A DNA stretch of 64,000 nucleotides from the NCBI RefSeq assembly GCF_006345805.1, contig NC_043019.1, positions 22,691,360-22,755,359 on the forward strand, written 5' to 3'. Below the pieces are notes generated by a model. That model had not been told where the DNA came from. It was given only the letters and a program-made list of their open reading frames with translations, and did not search any database. Below, in pieces: positions 1 through 13,200 of the stretch. The translations under genes were made by a program, and so were the position numbers. The number at the start of each line of letters is the position of its first letter. Positions within the stretch are counted from its first letter, which is position 1. The DNA comes from Octopus sinensis (taxonomy: Eukaryota).

Positions 1-607
1 CAAGTGGCGAAGACAGTGGGTAGAGAAAGGAGAAATACCAGCACCCCAAGCTAAAGAAGGTTTTCACCCACGTAAGGTATTGTTATCTGTTTGGTGCGAT
101 ATGAAAGGTTTAGTCCACTCTGAACTTTTAAACCCAAACCAAGTGATAACAAAGGAGATCTACAGCAAAGCAGCTTAAGTCAGCACTAGAAGGAAAACAA
201 CTGTCTTTGCTTTCAAGACGAAAGGTGTTCTTCCATCAGGATAATGCTTGGCCACATACAGCGAGGATGACTTTCCAAAGGCTGGAGCAGTTTGAATGGG
301 AAATGATGCCCCACCCACCATATTCACCAGACATTGTCCCATCTGATTATCAATTATCCCCCAGTCTTCAAAATCATTTGGATAGAAAAAATATGAATTC
401 TGTAGATGAGGTCAGGACACTACTGGAGGAGTATTTTTCATCATGGACAAGTGAATTTTGGAAGAGGGACCTTGTAAGTCTACCAGATAGATGGAAGAGC
501 ATTGTAGAAAATGAAGGAGTGTATATTTTAAAAAAGAACTTTATTTTAATTTTGGAAAAATAAAAGAAGTATAAAAAAAAATGCATTATTTATGGGATGA
601 CCCAATA
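1..607 (+). mobile_element. Mariner transposon, 3' part (degenerate transposase and right TIR)
   Basis: ORF 207-563 has HQDNAWPH and HPPYSPDIVPSDY (mariner D,D34D region); TIR-like end atgcattatttatgggatgacccaata followed by TA. Confidence 0.9.
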
Positions 608-857
608 TATTACACATATATATAAAAGAAGAGAGAGGAGACAGACATAAACATAATTATACAGACTCATATATATATCTATATATATATGTATACACAC
701 ACACACGTGCGCGCGCACAAATGAGCCCATAACTGCAAATACCAAAGGTAGAGTAATACACTTTTCTTAAAGCTGCAAAATTATCACAAAACTCTGATTA
801 ACAGTTTTGTGATAATTTTGCAGCTTTAAAAAAAGTTATATATATATATATATATAT

Positions 858-898
<41 letters not shown>

Positions 899-2127
899 TG
901 GTTGGCCAAAAAATGTATTCAACTTTTGTCAACACAAAATTTCAAGCAATTTAATACATAGCCAACTTCAGGCCATCTCCTGCACATGTGCACCTGTTGG
1001 ATACTTGACACTTCAGCATAGTTTGATGCTAACTTTTGATGAGACAGGTTGTATTTTTTGTGTGCTTGGGATCACCATGAAAATGGAGAACCAAAAGGAA
1101 CATCGTCACCTCAGACATTTTTTTTTTTATTTTAAGAAAAGCAAGAAAGCAGCAGAAAGCTATGTGCTCTTTACAGAGAGGACAGCGTTACAGAACATCT
1201 GCCAAAAGTGGTTTTCAAGATTTCAATCAGATGCACCTTGCTCTGGTTAACCAACTGAGATTAACAGCAACAAAATAAAGAGAGTTGACATCAACCCTCA
1301 TTATATGACAAGGATTAGTGCAAATATTCTTCAAATATCCAAATCAAGTGTTGAAAACCATCTGCATCAACCTGATTAAGTCAGCAGTTGAATAAGGTTA
1401 AGCTCAACCAATAGATTTCCATCTGCAATTCATTGCAGAGAAACAATGAAAACTATTATTTTTTAAAGAGCATTGTTACTGGGGATGGAAAATGGACTGT
1501 TTATAACAATGTGAAGTGCAAATGACCATAGGGAAATGCAGCAAACCACCATAAACATCCTTCAAAGCAGGACATTACCTGAAGAAGGTTATGCTTTCAA
1601 TTTGGTAGGTTTGAAAGGGTGTTGTCTCTTATGAGCTTTTTCCCCCCACAGACAGGACCATCAGTTCAGATGTGTACTGTGACCAGCTAGACAAACTGAA
1701 TGCAGTGATTCACCAGAAACATCTGGCACTTGCCAATTGTAAGGGCATTGGTGTTCTTCATGACAATGCCAGACTGCACACTTCTTTACAGCCATGGCAG
1801 AAGTTACTGGAGATTGGCTGGGAAGTTTTGCAGCAGCCTCCATATTCACCCAACCGTGTGCCTTCAGATTTCCACATGTTTTAGTCTCTTCACAGTTCAC
1901 TGAATGGACAAACCTTCAACTCTGAAGAGGGTGTAAAAATTCACCTGGACTACTGAAGACAGAAAATTCTTTAAGCAGGGAATAATGGATTTGTAAACAA
2001 GATGGCAGAAGATACTGGAACAAAACTGTAATTATATCATTGATTAAATAAAAAGGTTTGTACTTAAAACTTGTGTCTTATTTTCACTTAAGAAAAAAAA
2101 TGAAGACGTTTTTGGCCAACCCAATAT
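899..2127 (+). mobile_element. Near full-length decayed mariner element (about 1.23 kb)
   Basis: Inverted termini tggttggccaaaaaatg / cgtttttggccaaccca; transposase remnants MENQKEH, VTGDGKW, HDNARLH, YSPNRVPSDFHMF with stops and frameshifts. Confidence 0.9.
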
Positions 2128-4794
2128 ATATTACACAGATGGAATATTACAGATTGCAATAAAAGTACAATTGTAGGTAAGCATAAAAATAGCAAAAAAG
2201 ACAAGAATTGCTGCATGTGTCTGCTTGCGTGCATTCATGCCACATGTGATAGTTAAATTGTGTTGAAAGAATTTAAAAAAAAACAAAACAAATCCAACAC
2301 ATTCGCTCATACATGTACTCAAGATCTTTGTAAATATATAGATTGCATTTTTTATTAATGAAGTTTCATAGGCACAGGTGTGGGTGTGTGTTAAGAACCT
2401 TGGTTCCCAACCTCATGTTTCTGAGTTCACTCCTACAGTATGGCACCTTGGGCAGGTGTCTTCTATGATAGCCTCGGGAATGGAAAGAGGCTCATTGTGT
2501 GTGTGTGTGTGTGTGTATGTATATAGAGAGATCGATAGATACACATACGCACACATGTATGTGTGTCTTTGTGCTTGTACTTGTCCCACCGCATCCCACC
2601 CACACTTGACAATCAGTTTTGGTGTATTTATGTCCCAATAAGTTACTAGTTTGGCAAAAGGTACTGATAGAATAAGTACCAAGCTTAAAAAATATATATA
2701 TAAGTATTGGTGGGGGGGGGTCAATTCATTCAACTAAAAATTCTTCAAGGTGGTGCCCCAGCATGGCCACATACTCACAACTGAAACAAGTAAAGGATGA
2801 AAGATAGAAAGATGATGACAAGACATTTGTCCTGGATGAGGTAACCAACCCAGTTCAATCTACCTCAATATCTAACTGGTACTTATTGCTATCGACCCCG
2901 GAATGAAGTACAAAGCACAAATGACCCTCAACCATAGAATTGGCATCATCATTATCATCATCATCACTAACATTATCATCACTGTCATCACCATGGTTAC
3001 CACCACTATCATCATCATCATCATTATCATCATGTCCATTTCTCATTCAGGGTTACTGCCCTCCTAAACAAGTCTCACTTGCATGTCCTAATTCTTGGCA
3101 TGGTTTCTAGGAATGGGACCCCTTTCTTACACCGACATAATGCAGTGCATGCTGAAAAATACTTCCAGGTGAATTTTTACACCCTCTTCAGAGTTGAAGG
3201 TTTGTCCATTCAGTGAACTGTGAAGAGACTAAAACATGTGGAAATCGGAAGGCACACGGTTGGGTGAATATGGAGGCTGTTCCAAAACTTCCCAGCCAAT
3301 CTCCAGTAACTTCTGCCATAGAATTTGAAATGGATCAGAACTAAATAACATAAACACTTATCTCTCCTTTTGGTATTTTTCTTTGCTTTGTGCATTTCTC
3401 AAGCTGGCAAAGTCTGTTACTAATGATTTCTTATATTTGGCATGGCACCAACAGGAGAAAGAAATATTGAACTGTAATACGTTATGTTTGTACCTAATGC
3501 TTAGGTGTATTGATTGCAGAGTGGAGAGGCGAGGGGGGGGGAGTGAAAGGTAAAATTGACAAAGGTGTGATTTGATCTCAGAAATCTGAGATTAATATCA
3601 AATATCAAGGTAGGGTAGTGGTGATGGTAGTGACTCTGGGTTGAGTTAATGTAGAGTTAAGTGCATATGTGTTTGGAGGAAGGGCATAGGACTGGAGCTA
3701 GGTTGTGTGTGTGTGTGTGCATCTAGTCAGCCCTCCTTCTAGGGTGGCTGGCACTGTGGTGGTGGTGGTGATTGTGATGTTAGGAGGTTGCAGGTGGCAT
3801 CCAGCTGTAGAAACCACAATAAATAACAAGAACACATGTACTATATAAGAACAAAGATAGCATTTTATCATTGTTGGATCTGAAAGGGAGGCAGGGTTAT
3901 GGGTTGCCACGGAGCCAAGCAAACCTTGCTAACATGGAGAGACAGGCATAAAAATGAAGGTAAAATCGAAAATTCCAGGGATTTGGAAAACTTAAGAATT
4001 ACACTATATAACACAACTTTTGCCCTTGGGTAGCAACTGTTATTTCCTAAGTATGAAAAATAGCTAATATTTCCTTCAAACTTTGCTTTTGTTACATTTA
4101 TTCCAACCCCAAAGAATCTCTCTCACTACATGGCTATGTTGCCCCCCCCCCTGCCCCCAACTCCTGCTCATGATCGGAAATGCACATATTATCAGTTACT
4201 GAGGGACATGCTCAAACTGGTTGAGCATGGCCATTCAGTCTTCATTTTCTGCAGATATTGGCCCAAGATGATGGTAACATGCAGTGGTGATGCCATGCAA
4301 AATGCATCCAGCATGTGCTGCATTATGTCGGTGTAAGAAAGGGCTCCCATTCCTAGAAACCATGCCAAGAATTAGGACATACAAGTGAGACTTGTTTAGG
4401 AGGGCAGTAACCCTGAATGAGAAATGGACATAATGATGATGATAGTGGTGATGACAGTGATAATAATGTTAATGATGATGATGATGCCAAGTGTATCAAA
4501 GACTACATAATCTAACATGTCCTTCTTTATTTGAGGATGGTATGATATGATTTGAGTGGCATTTGGTAGCTATTTTCTTATCAGCAGATCAATCAACCAC
4601 GAACAAGGTTTCCTCGCCAGTTTTAATGCACACAACTGTTTATTACACAGTAAGAGAGTGAACCCTGACCCCTTATAATATGAAAAATGACCCTTCAACC
4701 TCACCATCTATCACCTACACAATATTTACCCGATCTGCTAAATTTCTGAATGGAGAGGAATCTCTTACTGACATTTTGATAAATCCTACCCCAC

Positions 4795-5546
4795 AGCACA
4801 CAAATACACGCATGTGTGTGCATGCACGTATCTATAAATATATGTGTGCAAGTGTATGTATATATACATGTGTGTGTGTGTATATATATATGTGTTTGCA
4901 TATATATATATATACATGTATGTGTATATATATATATATGCATGTGTGTATATATATACATGCATATATATATGCATATATATATATATATATGCATGCG
5001 TGTGTATATATATGCATGTATATATACATGCATGTATATATATATATATATGCACGTATATATACATACATACATGCATGTATGTATGTATATATATTTA
5101 TATTTATTTATATACATGCATGTATATATATATATATATATACATTCATGTGTATATATATATATGTTTCTTTATTACCCACAAGGGGCTAAACATAGAG
5201 GGGACAAACAAGGACAGACAAACGGATTAAGTCGATTACATCGACCCCAGTGCTTAACTGGTACTTAATTTATCGACCCCGAAAGGATGAAAGGCAAAGT
5301 CGACCTCGGCATGATTTGAACTCTGAACGTAACGGCAGAGGAAATACGGCTACGCATTTCGCCCGGCGTGCTAACGGTTCTGCCAGCTCGCCGCCTTTTT
5401 TAATTTGTGTATATATATATATATATATACACATATATATATGTATATATTTATTGTATGCATGTATGTATGTATGCACATATATATATATATATATGCA
5501 TGCGTGTGTATATATATGCATGTGTGTATATATATATGTGTGTGTA

Positions 5547-5603
<57 letters not shown>

Positions 5604-5690
5604 GTATTTATTGTATACATATATGTATGAATGTATGCACATATATGTATGTATGTATGTATGTATGCACACATGCTCATACATACTAGA
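4795..5690. repeat. (TA)/(TG)/(CATA) compound microsatellite split by SINE A
   Basis: Direct inspection; similar tracts at 33000-33535, 49390-49800, 62580-63090 and 63570-63950. Confidence 0.95.
5167..5396 (-). mobile_element. tRNA-derived SINE family A, young monomer
   Basis: A-box-like TGGCAGAACCGTT, B-box-like GAGTTCAAAT, core GCCTTTCATCCTTTCGGGGTCGATAAA; many further copies in the window. Confidence 0.85.
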
Positions 5691-8600
5691 GCATATGCGT
5701 AGGAACCGTTCTGAAAAAGTCAAGTCAATCATTCGTCTATATTCCTCCCATATTCCGTCACACCAAGAAATAGTCTTGTTAAGGTTTGGGAAATCACAGT
5801 AAAAGCATTGAACAAAAACATGGCAGCCAACAGACAACACACACACACACCACTGCGAAATATTAACCCAGATCAATAAAGAAATATCAATAGGTAATTT
5901 TTCAACTGTCCACTCCAATCACCTCTGGTGCTGTTTTCTGGTTTCCTCTAAGGATCCTTCATCCACACCTTAATACATTAAGTTCTCTTTAATCAATGAC
6001 TGCCTGTTAAAATTACCATTGCGATTTCTTCACTACATATGTATAGAATATATTGTACAGATGTACAATACATTCTACATTCAATCTAACATATTTACAC
6101 ATTTTACATGTGATGTGTTAAAATCAGCAAGCATCATCATCATCATCATCACTGACCTGGCATCTATCTCTTTTTTGTCTTCTGTCAATAAATATCCCCT
6201 ATGTTACCTGACAATTCAATAATGTCACAAGGCAACAAGTGGAAGCCTTTGTTCATTTGCTTGTTTCCGTTTTATGCCTGTTTTTCCATGCTAGCATGGG
6301 TTAGATGGATATGGAATTGAGGAATTGTTTTTCAAGTAAGGGATTTGTTATTCCACATGGCTCTGAAGGTATGCAGTCAATGGACAATATACTGATGTTT
6401 CAACAACACATGTAAACAAACACATTCTCATACAAGGGACAATTACACATGCGTTCACACACAGGAAGGCAGACAGATTATACACACAAGTTTCTTTGCA
6501 GTATCCATCAACCAAATCTACTCACAAAGAATTGGTCAGCCTGAGGCCATAGCAGAAAATGTCCAAGGTGCTGTACAGTGGGACTAAACTTGAAGTCACT
6601 TGGTTTGAAAGTGAACTTCTCAACCACAGAGCCATGCTTGTATGGTTGTTTTAACTTGCTGGATATAACAGTTAAATCTCTTCCAAATTCCACCACCTTA
6701 CTATTTTCAAAAGAAGGAATTACACTGGAGAGTGTAAGCTTAGATATATGTGTAGGTGAGATGATCATGGCTAGAACCCCTTTCATTGACCTGGGTTTAA
6801 TCAACAACAATCTACTGATACCAACCCACCTGCCCTTGGACCTATAATACAAGCTTCCTATTTTAAAATGATTAACACTTTCCATTAAAGATATTGTCAA
6901 TTAGGTTCAAAATCCAGTTTAGAATTGAAACAAAAGGTTTTCTATTCCAACAAGAAAATGCTAAGAAAATGGTTAGACTGATCTAAATTAAAACCATCCT
7001 CCATCAAACTTTCATGTAAATTTGTGTTCAAACAGCAGCTTAATAATGGTTTAAAAATTTGGCACAAGACCAGCATGTTTGGGGGAGGGGATAAGTTGAT
7101 TACATCGACCCCAGTACTCAACTGGTACTTATTTTATCAACCCAAAAAGGATGAAAGGCAAAGTTGATCTCAGTAGAATTTGAAATCACAACATAAAGAT
7201 GGACTAATGCTGCTAAGTGTTTTACTTGCCCCACTAATGATCCTACCAACCCAGAACCTTACAGTACCCTTAAATATTGATTTCAAATTTTGGCACAAGG
7301 CCAGCAATTTCAGGGGAGGGGATAAGTTGATTACATCGACCACAGTGCTCAACTTGTACTTATTTTATCAACCCAAAGAGGATGAAAGGCAAAGTCAACC
7401 TCAGTGGAATTTGAACTCAGAATGTAAAGACATACAAAATGTCACTAAGCATTTTACCAGATGTGCTAACAATTCTGCCAGCTCACCACCTCACACCAGC
7501 TTAATAATGACAAAACTGTTTTACTAAATTCTTCACTCTTTTCAAAATCAATTGAAACAAAGGCAGTGTGTTTCAGCAGAAACACGATGCCAAAGGGTTA
7601 AAATCTGATCTTGTATACTGCCATAACTCTTAGATAAGGAGTTCTTGGCAAATCCCCAAGAATTTATAACAGACCATGATTCCAATATGTGACAGATATT
7701 CTCTTATACTGAGTCCTTTCCTTCCTTGTCGATAAATTCCAAAAATAAATTGTGATGTGTGTGTATATATGAGTATGTAAGTGTATGGGGTGGGGTGTAT
7801 AATGGTACAGGAATATATGTTTGTCTGATAAGCAAGTATATTTGTATGTGTTCCAAGAAACACAAACCAGTGGAATAGAGGAATGGAGAGAAGTGTTTCT
7901 TAGAGAAAGAAATACAATATATATTATATTTTATATGTGTGTTTATATATATATATATATACACACACGCACACACACTTATGTAAATATGTGTGTGTGT
8001 ATATGTGTGTAAATATGTATATATGTCAATTTATATCTCAATAAAGGTGATAAAACTGCCCCCAACGACAGCCAAGCCCACAGAAATATGTGTGTAATAT
8101 ACTGGAAGATATATCATTATGATGGATGTGATATCAGCATGAGGGTATGATACTGATATGACAAATAGGATACGAGATATGCAATATATCGGCTAATATT
8201 CTGATAGCAAACAAACAAATGTGTGTGTGTGTGTACATGTGTGTGTTTGTTTTGAAATTTATATTAAAATCTTCCATCATAATTTTAAATCATCTTTTAA
8301 GTTCTGAGCACTGGCTTAATAATATTATAAAAGCTAGCGACTTTATTAAATTATTAAAATTCTTGATTATTTGTAGAATGGATTAAAATATCTCAGGTGT
8401 ACATTAGGCGTAACTGTGTGGTTGAGAGATTTACCTAGCAACAAGGTAGATTCAGGTTCCATCCCACTGAATGGCACCTTGGGAAAATGTTTTCTTCATT
8501 GTCTCAGCTCAACCAAATACGTGCAAGTAGATTTGGTATGCAGAAAGTGAGAGAATCATCATCATCATCGTTTAACATCCGCTTTCCATGCTAGCATGGG

Positions 8601-9510
8601 TTGGACGATTTTGACTGAGGGCTGGCGAACCAGATGGCTGCACCAGGCTCCAATCTTGATCTGGCAGAGTTTCTACAGCTGGATGCCCTTCCTAACACCA
8701 AGCACTCCGAGAGTGTAGTGGGTGCTTTTTACGTGCCACCGGCATGGGGACCAGTCAGGCAGTACTGGCAATGACCTCGCTCGAATCTTTTTCCACGTGC
8801 CAGTGAAGCAATGTTAGTAATGATCACGCTCGAATGGTGCCCCTTTACATGCCACGGGTACGGAAGCCAGTTGGCTGCTCTGGCAACGATCACGCTTGGC
8901 TGGTGCTCTTGGTACCCTACTAGTACAGGTATAAGTGCCAGTAAGGCGACGCTGGTAACGATCATACTCGAATAGCCGCTCTGTCAATGATCACACTCGT
9001 ATGGTGCTCTTTGCACCCTGCTAGCACGAATGCCAGTCATCGAATTGGTGGGTGTGAGTGTGTGTTCATGTGCGTATGTGTGTGTGTGTGTGCTTGGGTC
9101 TCTTATATGCTGATTGTAAACAAATGGTGTAATTTGTTTGCAGTCTTCTCTGAAGACATGTCCATCCCTTGGAGTGATGATGTCTGAAGGACTAGGGTGA
9201 AACATTACCTCATTAAATACAGGTGATGATTGGTAACAGGAAGTGTATGCAATTTCAATGATCTCAGCAACTAGCACAAAGCTACTTTACTCTCTACTGT
9301 ACACCCTAATCCGTTGAGGGGGCTCTGTAGTCATGTGGGTTACTTGACAACCTCAGCAGTGCTGGTGGTGTTAAGGAGAACCCAACCTCACACGAAAAAA
9401 AAAAAAACACCCAGTACACTTTTGTTATGGTTGGCATCAATTAGGAAGAACAATTAATTTTCTATTTGCCTATATATATATATATATATATATATATACT
9501 TTATTGCTAG

Positions 9511-9560
9511 CAAAAACTGTCTGACGAACGGCAACGAGAAGCTCAGAGTAACAGATTTTG
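9511..9560 (+). ncRNA. Minimal type-I hammerhead ribozyme motif, Penelope-like terminus (degenerate)
   Basis: caaaaactgt-CTGACGA-acgGCAAcga-GAAG-ctcagag-TA-acagattttg; host element 9500-9660 lies between (TA)n tracts. Confidence 0.7.
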
Positions 9561-10219
9561 TTGAATTTTCTGCTGCTTAAAATAAAGCATATTACTCTAC
9601 CACTGGTATTTGAGTACTCTTTTTTCCACCTTGTTTCACATTTATGTGTTTACTCCGGTATATATATATAGATAGATAGATATAGATATGGGTGAGTAGG
9701 TGTGTGTATTCTTTTATTCTTTTACTAGTTTCAATCATTTGGCAGCAGCCATGCTGGAGCACTGCCATGAAAGGTTTTAGTTGAACAAATTGGCCCCAGG
9801 ATTGATTTTTAAACCTAGTACTTATTCTATCGGTTTCCTTTGCCAAACTGTTAAGTTACAGGGATGTAAACATACTAATACCGGTTGTCAAATGGTGATG
9901 AGGGAGAGGACAAACACATACATACATTTATTTATATATATATACACACACACACAATGGGCTTCTTTCAGTTTCCATCTACCAAATCCACTCACAAGGC
10001 CCTGGTTTGCCCGAGGCTATAGAAGAAGACACTTGCTCAAGGTGCCACACAGCCATGCCTGCACCTACATATATATATATATATATATATGTATACATAC
10101 GTACACAATTACACCAATATTTATGCATAAACATTTTATACCAACATATATTGTAGAAGTTCGATAAGTGCTTACACAAAAAGCCCTCGGCTCTCAAGTC
10201 ACTCTGTTGCTTCTGCTAC

Positions 10220-10266
<47 letters not shown>

Positions 10267-13200
10267 TACACACATTCCTGTTAACCCATACCGATCTGTA
10301 GATCTGTGTAGCAGCAAATGAAATAACAATGATAATAATAATAATAATCATAATCATAATAAACACAAACAACAGGAAAAGAAAAACAACAAACACATTA
10401 AAAGAACTGAAATCCAAAATTGGTGGTGCCAAATTTTAGTTTAAAGAAGCAACAGCCAGGACATGATTCAGTGAGAATAGAGATAAAGGAGGAGAACAAG
10501 ATGATGAAGAAGAAGAGGAGGAGGATGAGAGAAGGTAGAAAAATCAAAGGTGTTGAGTTTACTTACTTCCTGATTTTTCCATAATGAGATGTACAGCAGC
10601 ATTGTAAAAGAGAAACATAATCAACCACAGAACATTAGTGGGGGTGGGGCATGGAGTGGAGGAAGAGGAGAGTTAAAGGGAGGGGGGGAGAGAAGACGGG
10701 GAGAGGAAGAGAGAGAGAGAGAGAGAGGGGCAGAAGAGAGAAACACATGCAAGGATTTGAGCCCCAACAACATCATCTTTTTATATTTTACTTGTTTTCA
10801 GTCATTAGGCTGTGGCCATGCTGGGGTACTACCATGAACGATTTTAATCAAATGAATCGAACCCCAGTACTCTTTGTCTTTTCTTTAAGCCTGGCACTTA
10901 TTCTATTGGTTTCTTTTGCTGAAGTGCTAAGTTACAGGGATGTAAACAAGCCAACACCAGTTGTCAAGTGGTGATGGAGGACAAATATATACACAAAGAC
11001 ATGTACACACACACACATCTATATATGTATACATATTTGCCAAGATAGATTGCTAGCCACTACACATTCTTCATTTTCTCTCCTTGCTTTTTTTCTGTGT
11101 TCCTTCCTGTGGAGGAGCATAGGCTCGAAATGTTAAAGACTTTTTCACTTCCCAAGTGTTGAACTAATACATCTATTTGTCTACAACACCTGTCTTTGTC
11201 TTTTGTTTTTTTGTGAATTTTCCCTATATATATATATATATATATATTTAATGTATATATGATGATGTGTGTGTATATATATATCCATATTCGACAGGTT
11301 TCTTTCCATTTCCATCTGTCAAGTCTACTCACAAGGCTTTGATCAGCCTGGTGCTATAGTAGAAGACACTTGCCCTAGGTGCCACACAGTGGGACTGAAC
11401 CTAGAAGCTTGTAGTTGGGAAGCAAGCTTTTTACCACACAGCCATGCCTGCACCTACACACACACACACACACACACAAATGGGCATCTTTCGGGTTCCA
11501 ATGTATGCATATAACTTGTGAGATTAAGAGCCTACATCTGGAATGTTCCGCTCTAAAATGCAGGTCTGCTGTAAGGTATATTTTTTTTTAGGGTGGACGT
11601 CGGAGGGAAGACAGGCAGTTCTCCATGTTTGCAAACCTGCACCCACTTCACGTAATTAGCGCTGTTGTAGGCGTTATCAGCAGAATGTAATGAGCAATTA
11701 TCTTTCCTGTTTCAGATTGATATTTTATAAAACTAGATACCTCTACTCTTATATTTGATTAGAGTTTTATAATATTTTAGATGATTAGACAGATAAGAAA
11801 TGTTATTAATTTGCTTATTTTTCTTATCTAATTTCCATTTTCCCCAACCATTTTTTTTTTATTAAATAAAAATATCTTCCATCTGCTTTAATGTCAATCT
11901 ACAGCACTTGAGGCCCTGTAAATAATGAATATGCAGTGGTGACATGTTTAACTCTTTAGCATTCAGATTACTCTGTCAAATGTAATGTCTAATTATTCCC
12001 ATTGTTCTGAATTAATCATGCATCCTCTTGTAGCTTTGACATTTCAATGATGTGTTTGTATCATTATCATCATCCTTTAATGTCTGTTTTCGGTTGGCAT
12101 GAGTTGGATGGTTTGACATGGAGCTGACCAGCCGGGAGAGCTGTCCAGTCTCCAGTTATGGCATGTTTTCTACAGTTGGATATCCTTCCAAATGCCAACC
12201 ACTTTATAAAGTGTACAGGGTGCCTGCTATGTATATTTTGAGAATGACATCGTAGAGTAGGTGCGAGAGGTTAGACCTAGTCAGTTTTAACATAAAACAG
12301 GCTGAATAGAGTTGGTTTGAATGCTAAAGAGTTAATGAAATCAACCTCAGAATATTCTGGCAATGCTGGAAAGATCAATGATATAAAGTTAATCTAAGGA
12401 TTTCAACTTTGAACTATTTCTTCTTATATTTATAACTTTGTTAACTCACAGTTTCTTCAATTGGTTTAACCCTTTTGTTACCATATTTCTGCTGGAATAC
12501 ACTGCCTTTGTGTTTCAATCAATTTTAGAAATGGTGAATTTAGTCAACTAACTTTGTTATTATTTAGCTGGTACTTGGAACACAGCAAATGTTGATGGAA
12601 GGTTTTTTAATTCAGATCACGTCAATCGTTTTGCTACAATATTTCTGCTGAAATACATAGTCTCAGATTAATAATGAATACTTTAGTGAAATAACTTTTT
12701 TTGTAAGGAATCTGGTGTTTAGAATTTTAATTAACATAAAATCTTAATGGAAAGTTTTAATTAAGATCACTTTAAGCAAGAGGTTTGTATCATAGAATTA
12801 GGAACAGTCTGAGGCAGGTCGGTATCAGAAGAGTTTAAAAAAAAACATCTCTGATCATTCCTTGGTTTTTGTCTACAATATAACACATACACACACACAC
12901 ACGCATGCACACACACACACATATATATATGTTTTAATTTTTTTCTGAATCAATTTCTAGCAAGTTGACAGACACATAGAACCACTCTCATTAGTTGCTG
13001 TAGTGTATCTTTATTACTCTGTAAGGAACATGGGGCCTGTTTCTGGGTTTCTGTGGCGCATATATTCCTCCTCCTGCCACTGAATGGGATGCTGGTCCAT
13101 CACAGGGTTACTCCTTTTTACCATCTGAGTGGACTGAAGCAACATGAAATGAAGTGTTTTGCTCAAGAACACAACGCATCGCCCGGTCCAGGAATTGAAA

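Noticed and set aside
4680-5802. Many overlapping Y/I/C/V/H/T-rich ORFs (also at 33 kb, 49 kb and 62-63 kb)
   Set aside because: Translations of TA/TG/CA microsatellites; no domain or splice support.
9176-9215. ctgaagg..gaaacattacct hammerhead-like string
   Set aside because: Core is non-canonical, and the sequence fits a decayed retroposon 3' region.
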